Of a stretch of 64,000 nt of DNA, positions 41,145-50,591 are shown one piece after another. A program made the translations under genes and the position numbers. Positions within the stretch are counted from its first letter, which is position 1; every line of letters begins with the position of its first letter. The stretch is from Pedobacter sp. (GTDB lineage: Bacteria; Desulfobacterota; Desulfuromonadia; Desulfuromonadales; Syntrophotaleaceae): positions 840,679 through 904,678 of the forward strand of contig JBFWJC010000001.1 of assembly GCA_050253415.1 (NCBI GenBank), written 5' to 3'. Under the pieces are notes generated by a model that saw nothing but the letters and a program-made list of their open reading frames with translations, made no database searches and was not told where the DNA came from.

Positions 41145-41476
41145 TTCCGTCCTCCAGTCGTATTGAATCACGTTATCACGAATCTATATCTCTCAAAAAC
41201 AATTTTCCCTGTTTGGTTTTTTGCGGCGATACCACAGACGATAATTATCTGCCAACTTTGCAAACGTAGTCCACTTTTCTCAAGGTTCTGAATATGCGGC
41301 TAGGATTGATGCGCAAATCACCACCGTTGAACGCCTATCTGCCAAAGGACTTTGCGCCAGGGGGAAACCTGACTCTGCAAAAAGGCGCAACCCCCGAGGA
41401 TGGCATTTACCTCCGGTTTCAAGGGGTGTGCGTGCAGAGACCTTCTGTTGCCTTCTTGTGACCTCGGGATTCCGGT

Positions 41477-41508
41477 AAATTATGGCCTGCATTTGCAGGC
41501 CATAATTT
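41477..41508. repeat. Perfect 15-bp inverted repeat in the divergent intergenic region
   Basis: AAATTATGGCCTGCA-TT-TGCAGGCCATAATTT. Confidence 0.8.
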
Positions 41509-41686
41509 GATTTGAATTCACCGGTTCAAGGGTAAATATGGCTATTTATAGTGATTGTCATTCGACGCACTCTGGGATACAACCAAATATAGTAAATTAT
41601 GCGATTTAAGATAGGGCAGGGCAGAAATCGTTCTACAGCATTTTCGATACGATCGATGTCATCCCGGAAATGGATTGGAGAAGACC

Positions 41687-42430
41687 ATGATAACCGACCC
41701 TTATTTTTATATGATCGCCATCCCGGCTGTTCTGCTGTACGGCATGTCCAAGGGAGGGCTTGGGCCTGCCATCGGCAGCATCGTTGTGCCGGCCATGGCG
41801 CTTGTCATCAATCCGGTGAAGGCCGCCGCCATTATGCTGCCGATCCTCTGCGTCATGGACCTTTTCGCCGTATGGCGTTTCCGGAAGAGCTACGATATTC
41901 ACCACCTTAAAATTCTTATCCCCGCAGGGATCGTGGGTATTGTTATCGCTTCGCTGTTTCTGGGGCATCTCTCTCCTGCTACCATCAGACTGATGATAGG
42001 TCTTATTGCGGTTGTTTTCTGTCTCAATTACTGGTTAAGAGGTCCCTCGAGCAACAACAAAAAAGGCGGCAGGCTCAGCGGTTATCTCTGGGGGACCCTG
42101 GCTGGGTTCACCAGCACCCAGATCCATGCGGGCGGTCCGCCTGTCACGATCTATCTGCTGCCCCAGAACCTCGACAAGGTTGTTCTCATGGGGACCATGG
42201 CCGTATTTTTTACGGTGATCAACTATCTCAAGCTCATTCCCTACACAATCCTCGGTGCGCTCGATGCGGCGAACCTCACAACCTCCCTGGTGCTTATGCC
42301 GCTGGCGCCCATCGGCGTCAAGTTGGGCTATGTGGTCCTGCATAGAGCCCCTCAAAAGCACATCTACCAATTCCTCTATGTTGCCTTATTTCTGTCCGGT
42401 GCAAAACTGCTGTACGATGGGATATTTTAA
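41687..42430 (+). CDS. TauE/SafE-family (sulfite exporter-like) membrane protein
   Basis: G.SKGG.G, AAAIMLPILCVMD, GFTS...HAGGPP, N..KLIPY. Confidence 0.9.
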   Translation: MITDPYFYMIAIPAVLLYGMSKGGLGPAIGSIVVPAMALVINPVKAAAIMLPILCVMDLFAVWRFRKSYDIHHLKILIPAGIVGIVIASLFLGHLSPATIRLMIGLIAVVFCLNYWLRGPSSNNKKGGRLSGYLWGTLAGFTSTQIHAGGPPVTIYLLPQNLDKVVLMGTMAVFFTVINYLKLIPYTILGALDAANLTTSLVLMPLAPIGVKLGYVVLHRAPQKHIYQFLYVALFLSGAKLLYDGIF

Positions 42431-42447
42431 CGGATGCGTTTTGCCGG

Positions 42448-42846
42448 TCACGCCCAGAAATCGGATCCGATTTCGATAAGATTGCCCTCCGGGTCCGCAA
42501 TCATCGAAGAGCGCATTTTCCACGGTTCGTTACGTGGTGCATAGATCGGTGTCGCGCCGGACTCGATCAGTCGCTGGAAGGTGGCATCGACATTCTCGGG
42601 CGCGCCGACGTTGATGGCCAGTTCAAACGTGCCATTGATCCCGCTGGGATAGGATGGTTGCCGGCCGAGTAGCTCGGGCAACATTGCGCGCTCGAACATG
42701 GCAAACCGGATACCCTCATGCTTGAATTCCGCGTAAGGCCCCTGACCGTCCCAATCGATGTCCATGCCGAGAACATCTCTATAAAAATGCACCATCTTTT
42801 CCAGGTTGCGCACGAACAGCCCGATCATATCAAAGCGTAACTTCAT
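42448..42846 (-). CDS. VOC (glyoxalase/bleomycin resistance) family protein
   Basis: GLFV.NL.....FY.DVLG, FELA, P..EPW..R...ADPEGNLIEI. Confidence 0.9.
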   Translation of the reverse strand: MKLRFDMIGLFVRNLEKMVHFYRDVLGMDIDWDGQGPYAEFKHEGIRFAMFERAMLPELLGRQPSYPSGINGTFELAINVGAPENVDATFQRLIESGATPIYAPRNEPWKMRSSMIADPEGNLIEIGSDFWA

Positions 42847-42968
42847 GGTGTCTCCAATGGGTGTTTTCTGCTGCGAACCGATATTTATGAACCTGTCTTG
42901 AGCAACCTGTTGTCAATCATCCAAATTTTCACTTCGGCCCGTATAGTCCGACAGGCTCCTGGGAAGCA

Positions 42969-45392
42969 TCAGGAGCCGGGGCGGTCCTTGTTTGGGTTTT
43001 GAAGGGACAGGTTTTCCAGCGCGTGGGTATCGATGGATCGCAGGTGCAGATCATGTTGAGGGAAGGGTATTTCCACGCCTTGCTGGTGAAAACTTTCATC
43101 GATGGCTATCAACAGATCGCTTTTGACCTGCAGTCTGTGCGTGGCTTTTTCCACCCAGGCCCGTAATTCAAAGATCATGGCGCTATCGCCAAACTCCACA
43201 AACAGGGGAGAGGGCGGCGGGTCGGCGAGTACTTTCGGGTGTTGGGCCGCACATTCGGTTAAAATCTCCAATACCTTTTTCACGTTCGTGCCATAAGCCA
43301 CCCCGACCTTGACCACTACTCGGCTCTGTTCGCTGGATAAGGTCCAGTTGGTGACTTTTTGCGAGATCAAATCGGAGTTGGGGACGATGATTTCGGACTG
43401 GTCAAAGGTTTCCACGATGGTGGCCCGCAAACCGATCTTTCTTACCGTACACCATTCCGTATCGATCATCACCATGTCACCGACCTTGACCGGGCGTTCG
43501 AACAACAGAACCAGACCGCTGACGAAATTGTTGACGATATGCTGCAGACCGAAGCCGATACCGATACCCAGGGCGCCGGCCAGTACCACAAAGTTTTTCA
43601 GCTCAAATCCGAGCAGGCTTATGGCCAGCAGAAAGCCGACGGTAATCACCCCATAGTGCAGCAATTTCAGGATGGAATCGCGCACGCCGTGATCGACGCT
43701 TCGGGACGGGAAAAACTCGGTTTCCAGCAGTGCGCCGAGTATCCAGGATCCCTGGATGGACACATAGAAGGTTAACACCGCCAGCAGCACCAAATGCATG
43801 GAGACCTTCTTTTCCCCCAGCGTGAATCCCGACTCCAGAAAAGCCCGCCACGCCTGCCCGGCACTTGGAAAAATGCCCCAAACCTCCATCAGGTAAAAAA
43901 CAACATAACCGAGGATAACCCCAAACAGTAGCTTTCTAAGGTGTATTCTCAGTTCGTCGCCGAACTGGACAACAAACAGGCGACGCTGCAGTATCGGCAG
44001 CTTAAGCAGGTATTGGAAGCTGCCGCGTCCCAGATGCAGGGTCATCCAGGAGAACAATCCCAAAAAAACCGTTTTCATGGATGACTCGAAGAGACGCGAG
44101 GACAGAGCGCTGTAACCGATCCACTGGGCAACGAAACAACAGAACAGCACCAGCGCTCCCAGGCGCAGCGCCAAAATGAAATAATCGTTTCGACGTCCCG
44201 GTACCTTGCGGTGGCGGGCGGCAAGGACCAGAAGAAACGGGATCCCCAGTAAAGACAACAAGGCAAGATAGAGGCGATACAGAGGCAGAGGCAGGGCAAT
44301 GATCTGCAGTCCCAGGGTCAGTACGTATATCCCGGCCAGGACGTAAATCATAAGTTTTTTGCGTGGATCATATAGTAATCCGGAGATCAGCACGGCAGAG
44401 GAAGAGGCGGCCAAAAATGCCAGCAGCCAGCGCCACAGTGCGGGGGGGGCCGAATAGAGGGATCCGCAGGCAATGGTGGCAACAAAGATGGCGGTGGCCA
44501 GGGGGTGCAGAATGATGAATTGCCATTCCGTTTCCTCCTGTTCCCTGCGGCTTTTGTGGACCAGGAAACCGGCTAGCAAAGTGGCGATAAGTAATTGGAG
44601 CCCCACCAGCCAGCCCTGAGTTCGGAAGAACTCGCCACCTATGCCGGAAACGCCTTCCAGTCCCTTCTTTGCCGCATCCAGCAGGGATCGGTCAAATTGA
44701 TTGTAAAAATGTGGGCTGGTAAATGATCTGGCGGTTTTCTGGAAGGTTTTGCCCTGCATGGTCTGCAGCATAGTATCCACAGTGGCCAGCAACGTGAGGC
44801 ATTTTTCCTGCAGTTGGATCACTTCCCCCTGCAGGCTGATGAGGGGAGCGCTGGCTGCCACGATCCGTTGCTGGGTTCGTTTACTTTCCTCTGCGGCCTC
44901 CTTAAAGACGGCTTGTTGGGTTTTCAGCAGATCTTTCGGTATCGATTCGCGCCATTGTCGCCAGAATGCCTCATGCTCCTGCCAGGTTTGCCGCAGGGAA
45001 TCGAGTTCTTGCAGGCGGGCGGATATGCCGCTCAGGAGGGAGTCCAGATTACTCTGATGTTCCACCAATTGGCTGCGGGTATCCAGGCTGCGGTCAAAAT
45101 TCCAGCCGGTAGGGTTGGTAAGATTTTTCGTTTCGCGAGCCAATGTCTCGGCTTTTTCACGGGCGAGTTGTAATGGCTCCGTGAAGGAATCGGTTTCCTT
45201 CAGGACTTCCAGTCGTACATTCAGATCCGAGCTTTGTTGTTTGAGGTTAGCGAGACGGGGGATGAGTTCGGCGATCCCCGGCGGATTGACCGATGGCGTA
45301 ATGCGATCGGATTCGGTTTCAGCGGCCGAACGGCCCAACATCAGGGAGGAAAGCAGCAGGCAGAATAGCAGGCAGCGAATGAACCCTTTCAT
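42969..45392 (-). CDS. Large MscS-family (MscK/MscM-like) mechanosensitive channel
   Basis: Signal peptide, periplasmic coiled coil, many TM segments, GIGFGLQHIVNNFVSG, ERPVKVGD, VPNS, GVAYG, IPFPQ. Confidence 0.92.
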   Translation of the reverse strand: MKGFIRCLLFCLLLSSLMLGRSAAETESDRITPSVNPPGIAELIPRLANLKQQSSDLNVRLEVLKETDSFTEPLQLAREKAETLARETKNLTNPTGWNFDRSLDTRSQLVEHQSNLDSLLSGISARLQELDSLRQTWQEHEAFWRQWRESIPKDLLKTQQAVFKEAAEESKRTQQRIVAASAPLISLQGEVIQLQEKCLTLLATVDTMLQTMQGKTFQKTARSFTSPHFYNQFDRSLLDAAKKGLEGVSGIGGEFFRTQGWLVGLQLLIATLLAGFLVHKSRREQEETEWQFIILHPLATAIFVATIACGSLYSAPPALWRWLLAFLAASSSAVLISGLLYDPRKKLMIYVLAGIYVLTLGLQIIALPLPLYRLYLALLSLLGIPFLLVLAARHRKVPGRRNDYFILALRLGALVLFCCFVAQWIGYSALSSRLFESSMKTVFLGLFSWMTLHLGRGSFQYLLKLPILQRRLFVVQFGDELRIHLRKLLFGVILGYVVFYLMEVWGIFPSAGQAWRAFLESGFTLGEKKVSMHLVLLAVLTFYVSIQGSWILGALLETEFFPSRSVDHGVRDSILKLLHYGVITVGFLLAISLLGFELKNFVVLAGALGIGIGFGLQHIVNNFVSGLVLLFERPVKVGDMVMIDTEWCTVRKIGLRATIVETFDQSEIIVPNSDLISQKVTNWTLSSEQSRVVVKVGVAYGTNVKKVLEILTECAAQHPKVLADPPPSPLFVEFGDSAMIFELRAWVEKATHRLQVKSDLLIAIDESFHQQGVEIPFPQHDLHLRSIDTHALENLSLQNPNKDRPGS

Positions 45393-45803
45393 AAACGGTG
45401 CTCCCAATAAAGACGGCGCCCCAGGTCAAAGGGGCGTCTTCGGCGAGAGAAAAAGGCGTTTCAGGGTGCAAGGTATGTTTATTTTACCGTATTTTTCGAG
45501 GTCCATGTCACGGTGTTTAATCCCGGCGGGGCTTAGACTCTTCAGGAGAGGATGGGACAAGTTGTTAATTAAAAAGGTAGAGTTTGACTCTCCTGATTGA
45601 TTCTCGTAAATTAAATGTGTCTTGTCTCCATGATCAATGGACGCGTTATCACGCAACCCTGGAGTGCTTGCCGAATTGCCGATTATTCCGAGGCAGGAGA
45701 AAACGTTTGGTTGTGCAGGGGTATAATAGGCACAACTACCACCGAGGGAACCGTGGAATGTGTGCATTAAATGATGGTCAGCAAGGAAATCACAGGTGAA
45801 AAT

Positions 45804-47087
45804 ATGACATTCCCAGACCTGAAACCGGATCCTTATTTTGAGAATGCTTTGGATTGCAGCGAAGATCCCCGGATCATGCTGCGCAAGTTTTTTTGGATTG
45901 GTCTGCTGTGTCTGTCGGTGTTGCTGGTCCTGGCGACGTATGGTATCTACCGGGTTTTCAGTTGGCGTCTCGTGGAGACAGCCAGTGCTGAGGCGCAAGC
46001 TATTTGTCAGGTGGTTTTGGTTAAGGAGAAGAAGTATCTGCTTGCCTTTGACGAACAGGGGCAGGCCCGATTGGAATTGCAGTCTGGTGAAAAGGCGGGT
46101 TTCGAGAGGCGTCTTCAGCAATATCTCAAGCCGTTTGATGTCGATGCTGTGTGGGTGTGGGATCTGCGGCACAGGGTCATCAATCGTGTCGGCGATGAGC
46201 AGAGTACTCCCGTGGTCAAGCAATCCCAGGCACTTGAACAGGCGCTGGCCGGGGGCAGTATCTCTCGTCTGGAAAAAAGCTCTGAAGCTTCCTTTCGGGG
46301 AGGAATACCTTATGATTCCAGGGAGCAAATGGTTAGTTACCTGCCGATATGGGGCCGCGATAACGAGGTATTGGGGGCTTTCGAGATCAGGCGGAGCATT
46401 GAACGCTACCGAGGAGAAATGCGCCGGGGGGTGATGTTTTCCGCTGTATTGTTGGGATCGGTGTTGCTTTCCCTGTTTACCTGCGTCTTTCTTCTCGTCA
46501 AAAAGGGGGTGCAACGACTGGCCAAAGCCCAGGATATTTTGCACGCCCTGGCTACGATTGATGCACTGACCGGCATTTATAATCGGCGGGAAGTTCTGGC
46601 CAGGGCCGAGGAGCGTTTTTCGGAGCGGAGGGGCGGCAATCGCCGGAATATCCCTGAAGACTTCAGTATCCTGATGCTTGATTTCGATGACTTCAAAAAC
46701 ATCAACGACAGCTACGGTCACCCGGTTGGAGACCGGGTATTGCAAGAACTGGCCTGCCGTATTCAGGCTGTGTTGGGTCCGTCAGATATCGTGGGGAGGG
46801 TTGGCGGTGAAGAGTTTTTGGTTGTTCTTCCCGATAGCAACTCCCGGCAGTGCCAGGAAGTCGCCGAGCAGTTGCGCCAGGCGGTGCGGGAAAGGCCTTT
46901 TGAGCTGGGCGACCTGCAGGTCTATGGTTCGGTCAGCATCGGTGCCGCAACCGCCCACTCCTTGGACCCGGGTCTTGAACCTCTTTTGCAACGGGCCGAC
47001 AAAGGGCTTTATCGTGCTAAAAATCTTGGAAAGGATTTTACCTGCTGGGAAGACGAGTCTGTGTCCGGTGCCGGAGCTTTTGAATAA
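45804..47087 (+). CDS. Membrane-bound diguanylate cyclase
   Basis: Two TM segments around a periplasmic domain; IDALTGIYNRR, FK.INDSYGH..GD, RVGGEEF. Confidence 0.92.
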   Translation: MTFPDLKPDPYFENALDCSEDPRIMLRKFFWIGLLCLSVLLVLATYGIYRVFSWRLVETASAEAQAICQVVLVKEKKYLLAFDEQGQARLELQSGEKAGFERRLQQYLKPFDVDAVWVWDLRHRVINRVGDEQSTPVVKQSQALEQALAGGSISRLEKSSEASFRGGIPYDSREQMVSYLPIWGRDNEVLGAFEIRRSIERYRGEMRRGVMFSAVLLGSVLLSLFTCVFLLVKKGVQRLAKAQDILHALATIDALTGIYNRREVLARAEERFSERRGGNRRNIPEDFSILMLDFDDFKNINDSYGHPVGDRVLQELACRIQAVLGPSDIVGRVGGEEFLVVLPDSNSRQCQEVAEQLRQAVRERPFELGDLQVYGSVSIGAATAHSLDPGLEPLLQRADKGLYRAKNLGKDFTCWEDESVSGAGAFE

Positions 47088-47254
47088 AAATCATGCCCCG
47101 TGCGGTTAATCGTGTCAAGCCATTGGGAGAATGTTCAGGGGCGGCAAGATGACGCTCCTGGAGGCATGGCCCGGCTTTACGTCAAGTAAGCGCGACGCTG
47201 CCAGCGCCGAAGTGGCTTGAATTCGAAATCAGGATTAACCGCACGGGGCACAAA

Positions 47255-47596
47255 CTAGGATTTTTTTACAAACTCCGATTTCAACTTCATGGCGCCAATG
47301 CCATCAATTTTACAATCGATATCGTGGTCGCCATCAACCAGGCGAATATTTTTAACCTTGGTGCCGACTTTTACAACAAGCGAGGATCCTTTTACTTTCA
47401 GGTCCTTGATAACCGTTATGGAATCACCATCTTTGAGCTCATTGCCGTGGGCGTCGCGAATCACTTTTGCATTTTCTTCTTCGCTTGCAGCGCCATCCTT
47501 CGCCCATTCGTAGCCACATTCCGGACAAATATACATGTTTCTGTCTTCATAAGTATATTCGGAGCCACATTTGATACATTTGGGAAGTTCACTCAT
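47255..47596 (-). CDS. yjdM: Zn-ribbon protein YjdM (PhnA-like)
   Basis: LPKC.KC.SEYTYED....[29 protein letters not shown]. Confidence 0.92.
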   Translation of the reverse strand: MSELPKCIKCGSEYTYEDRNMYICPECGYEWAKDGAASEEENAKVIRDAHGNELKDGDSITVIKDLKVKGSSLVVKVGTKVKNIRLVDGDHDIDCKIDGIGAMKLKSEFVKKS

Positions 47597-47853
47597 TACG
47601 TCTCCTTCTGGGAACTGGCGGACGGATTTTTAAAAATGTCGCCAGGCCGACAACTCGGTCTTGCAATCATTTTGACCTCCGCCATGTTTGAAATACGTAT
47701 ATGTCTCTTTGATTTAGCCGTTGAATATAGTCAGGATGCCATGGTTTGTCATCCCAAAAATGATCGTGGTATCGCCAATGACAATCGGCGATACCACGTA
47801 CTCGGCTCTGGGGAGTATGCCATAAACGGCAGAAGTTTTGAGTTTGAAGCCAT

Positions 47854-48537
47854 TCAGGCAGGTTGCAACAATTTCAGCATTTCTGTTGCGACGGGGGCTG
47901 AAGATGCGGGATTTTGCCCTGTCACAAGTTTTTCGTCCACCACAACATGGGAGGCCCAGTCGTCACCCTTTTCGTAGATGGCACCTCGCTCTTTAAGCTT
48001 ATTTTCAAGCAAAAAAGGGAGAACCTTTGATAGCCCTACCGCATCTTCCTCCGAGTTGGAAAAACCGGTTATGTGCTTGCCCTTGATGAAATACTCCCCG
48101 CTTTTTTCTCGCACATTGATCAGCACGACAGGTGCGTGACAAACTGCGCCAACCGCTTTATCGGCCCGCACGAACGCCTCAATCAGGGCGATGGACGCGG
48201 CGTTGTCAGGCATGTCCCATATGGGGCCGTGCCCTCCCGGATAGAAAATACCATCGAAATCGTCGGCCGAGATGTCCGCCAGTATTTGCGTGCGCATAAG
48301 CTGGACTTGGGCGGAAGAATCTGCGCCAAAGCGTTTCGTCGCTTCGGTTTGAAACTCCGGCAGTTCGCTTTTCGGATCGACGGGTGGTCGCCCGCCCTTG
48401 GGTGAGGCGAGCACGATATCTACTCCGGCATCTTTCAGGATGTAGTAGGGAGCGGCAAATTCTTCCAGCCAGAAGCCGGTTTTTTCCTCGGTGTTACCGA
48501 GTTGGTCATGAGATGTGAGCACCATGAGGACTTTCAT
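47854..48537 (-). CDS. DJ-1/PfpI (Hsp31-like) protein
   Basis: TGFWLEEFAAPYY, PGGHGP, AVCHAP, TGQNPAS. Confidence 0.92.
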   Translation of the reverse strand: MKVLMVLTSHDQLGNTEEKTGFWLEEFAAPYYILKDAGVDIVLASPKGGRPPVDPKSELPEFQTEATKRFGADSSAQVQLMRTQILADISADDFDGIFYPGGHGPIWDMPDNAASIALIEAFVRADKAVGAVCHAPVVLINVREKSGEYFIKGKHITGFSNSEEDAVGLSKVLPFLLENKLKERGAIYEKGDDWASHVVVDEKLVTGQNPASSAPVATEMLKLLQPA

Positions 48538-48694
48538 GTACGTGCCTCCTTTTGGGTTGAGAAGTCGCCCTAAAAAGGAAGTATAGCATGCCCGTTATGT
48601 CTGAAAATAAGCGCTGTTTTGCAAGGAGGGCATGTTTTTACTTCTGGCACGGTGCCGGATAAACCTGTCGGGATGGAAATCATGATCGTTGCGG

Positions 48695-49021
48695 TTATAG
48701 GGGGGGCGAAGTCACATCCTGCGGGTTTTCCGCCTCTGAATTTTCAGTTAGGGAACCCTTAAACGCAGTATAGGGTAGCAGGAGGGTGTCGGCGACAATA
48801 CTTAAGGGCATATCCACAATCGCAATAGGCCAAAACACCTTGAGAACGCCAGTGGACTCGTGTGTAGCTGCTGCAATCATCATTGCATCCACGCGGGTGC
48901 CGCAATACATGCGAGAACTGCCGCAATGGGATCTTTCTTCAAAGGTCTCTGAAAGGGTTGCACAGCCAGTTGTCAAAAGTACTGTGATCATAACCGTACA
49001 TATCCAGCGCATATGTTGCAT
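48695..49021 (-). CDS. YceK/YidQ-family lipoprotein
   Basis: Lipobox TTGC, Y.GTR.D, DMPLS.VADTLLLP. Confidence 0.82.
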   Translation of the reverse strand: MQHMRWICTVMITVLLTTGCATLSETFEERSHCGSSRMYCGTRVDAMMIAAATHESTGVLKVFWPIAIVDMPLSIVADTLLLPYTAFKGSLTENSEAENPQDVTSPPL

Positions 49022-49070
49022 TTTCCTAGATCGGGCGATGATTGTGTTCCCGATACACAAGGGGATAGCC

Positions 49071-49487
49071 TCAGGGCATTTCGGTAATGCCGAAATACTC
49101 AAGGCTAAGCATGAATGCCATGGCCACTATGAAGAACACAACAAGACAGGCAATGCTGACGAAAAACACGCACCAGTTCGACTGGAATGTCAGACAATCT
49201 GAGTCAACGATGGTTTGCCTGGTGAATTGGTATTTCTCGATGATCATTCTGGTGGAAACAGTGGTCGCGAAAGGGATGACCATGTTCGGGAATTTATCCG
49301 GCAGGAAAGGCAGGATACCAATAATGACCAGCAATAGAATCGTTCCAAGCAGCACGGTCTTTTTTTCTGCAACAGGATTTTTCAGGACCTGGAAGTTTTT
49401 TCTGAGAAAAATGACCGATGCCAACGGTCCGCCGAGAAAAGTCCCCCAAACAGCCTGTGTCGGAGAGTAAATGTATTGCTTATCCAA
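49071..49487 (-). CDS. Hypothetical membrane protein
   Basis: YSP....GTFLGGPLA...L..NF and 4 hydrophobic segments; GGAGG RBS, TTG start. Confidence 0.7.
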   Translation of the reverse strand: MDKQYIYSPTQAVWGTFLGGPLASVIFLRKNFQVLKNPVAEKKTVLLGTILLLVIIGILPFLPDKFPNMVIPFATTVSTRMIIEKYQFTRQTIVDSDCLTFQSNWCVFFVSIACLVVFFIVAMAFMLSLEYFGITEMP

Positions 49488-49763
49488 TGAAGCCTCCCAT
49501 TAAAAGTTGGGGCCATAACTCCGTTAATGCCCAGCATGCCTGGCGTCGTAGCCATGAAGGGATTTGCCGATGTAATGTGGTAGGTAGGCAGCTGCGAACC
49601 AAAACATCTACGGGATTCACGTGGATAGATCATAAAAAAGCCAGGGGAGGTGATATTCATTTGATGTTCATGGTTGCGTTTCCTGGTCCGAAAGGCTTGA
49701 GCGTTCAGATAATGTCTATGTGCCATCTGCGAGCGATAACTATCCCCATTTACGCCACAAGGC

Positions 49764-50234
49764 CTAATTTGCAACGCTTCTTGTTGCGACCACATCCGCA
49801 TACAGTGTTGTGAAATCCTGATTGGGATTGCAAACGTCCACATCTCCGGAAAAATGACCTTCCATCACAGGTTTAAGTTCAAAAGACACCGAAATCGATT
49901 CTCCGGGCGCAACCTGTTTTTCGAAGCTCCAGCTACGTTGGTTAACGAGTGGTACGTGCATGGTGTCGGTTGGTTCAGGTGCAATGCCGACGACCTGGAA
50001 TCCGGAAAGAAAGGAATCATCCATGTCAACGCTATCCAGGGTCACAGGCTCTTTGTGGGGGTTGGAAGCGGTGATAACCATGCTCACCGTTGATCCCATG
50101 GCGACCTCGGAGGGCAGAGACAGTGTTGTATCGAGAACCGGCAGCTCCCGAACCAGCAGGAACCACAGGGCAAAGGTACCGACAGCTACGAGCAATGCCG
50201 TTGCTCCGAGACAACCTATGATAACTCTCTTCAT
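49764..50234 (-). CDS. Hypothetical membrane-anchored protein, probable Ig-like beta-sandwich
   Basis: N-terminal TM helix, alternating beta pattern, I.PGES...F motif; AAGGA RBS. Confidence 0.65.
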   Translation of the reverse strand: MKRVIIGCLGATALLVAVGTFALWFLLVRELPVLDTTLSLPSEVAMGSTVSMVITASNPHKEPVTLDSVDMDDSFLSGFQVVGIAPEPTDTMHVPLVNQRSWSFEKQVAPGESISVSFELKPVMEGHFSGDVDVCNPNQDFTTLYADVVATRSVAN

Positions 50235-50591
50235 TTGTTTCCTTTCGAAGGCAACGCTGAAGTTGTTCAACTTTAGCAATTGGATAAAGGTCCCAGCGTA
50301 TTGAACAGGAACAGGATTGGAGGCATGTCCTTTGGCTTGTGTACCATTGCACTGTTGGTCATGGCGTCAGAGATGATTCTTTAAATCCCTGTCATGACGA
50401 TGGGGGGCGGCAATAACGGTCACCGATGCAGGTCTGGTTTTTATTTATGCCAGCTTTGATGTTAAACATGAGAAATGGAACCTGCCGCAGGATCTTTCAT
50501 CTACGGCAGGTTATTAGAATTAACTATTGAAGACAAGGGAAAATTATAGATTGTTTTGGACTTGTAGCCGATCTCGCCCTTCTCTGAGTTT

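Noticed and set aside
42860..42885. GGTTCGCAGC upstream of the VOC gene (also near 49590) as an attC end
   Set aside because: No matching inverse core site at the gene end and no attC hairpin; too weak.
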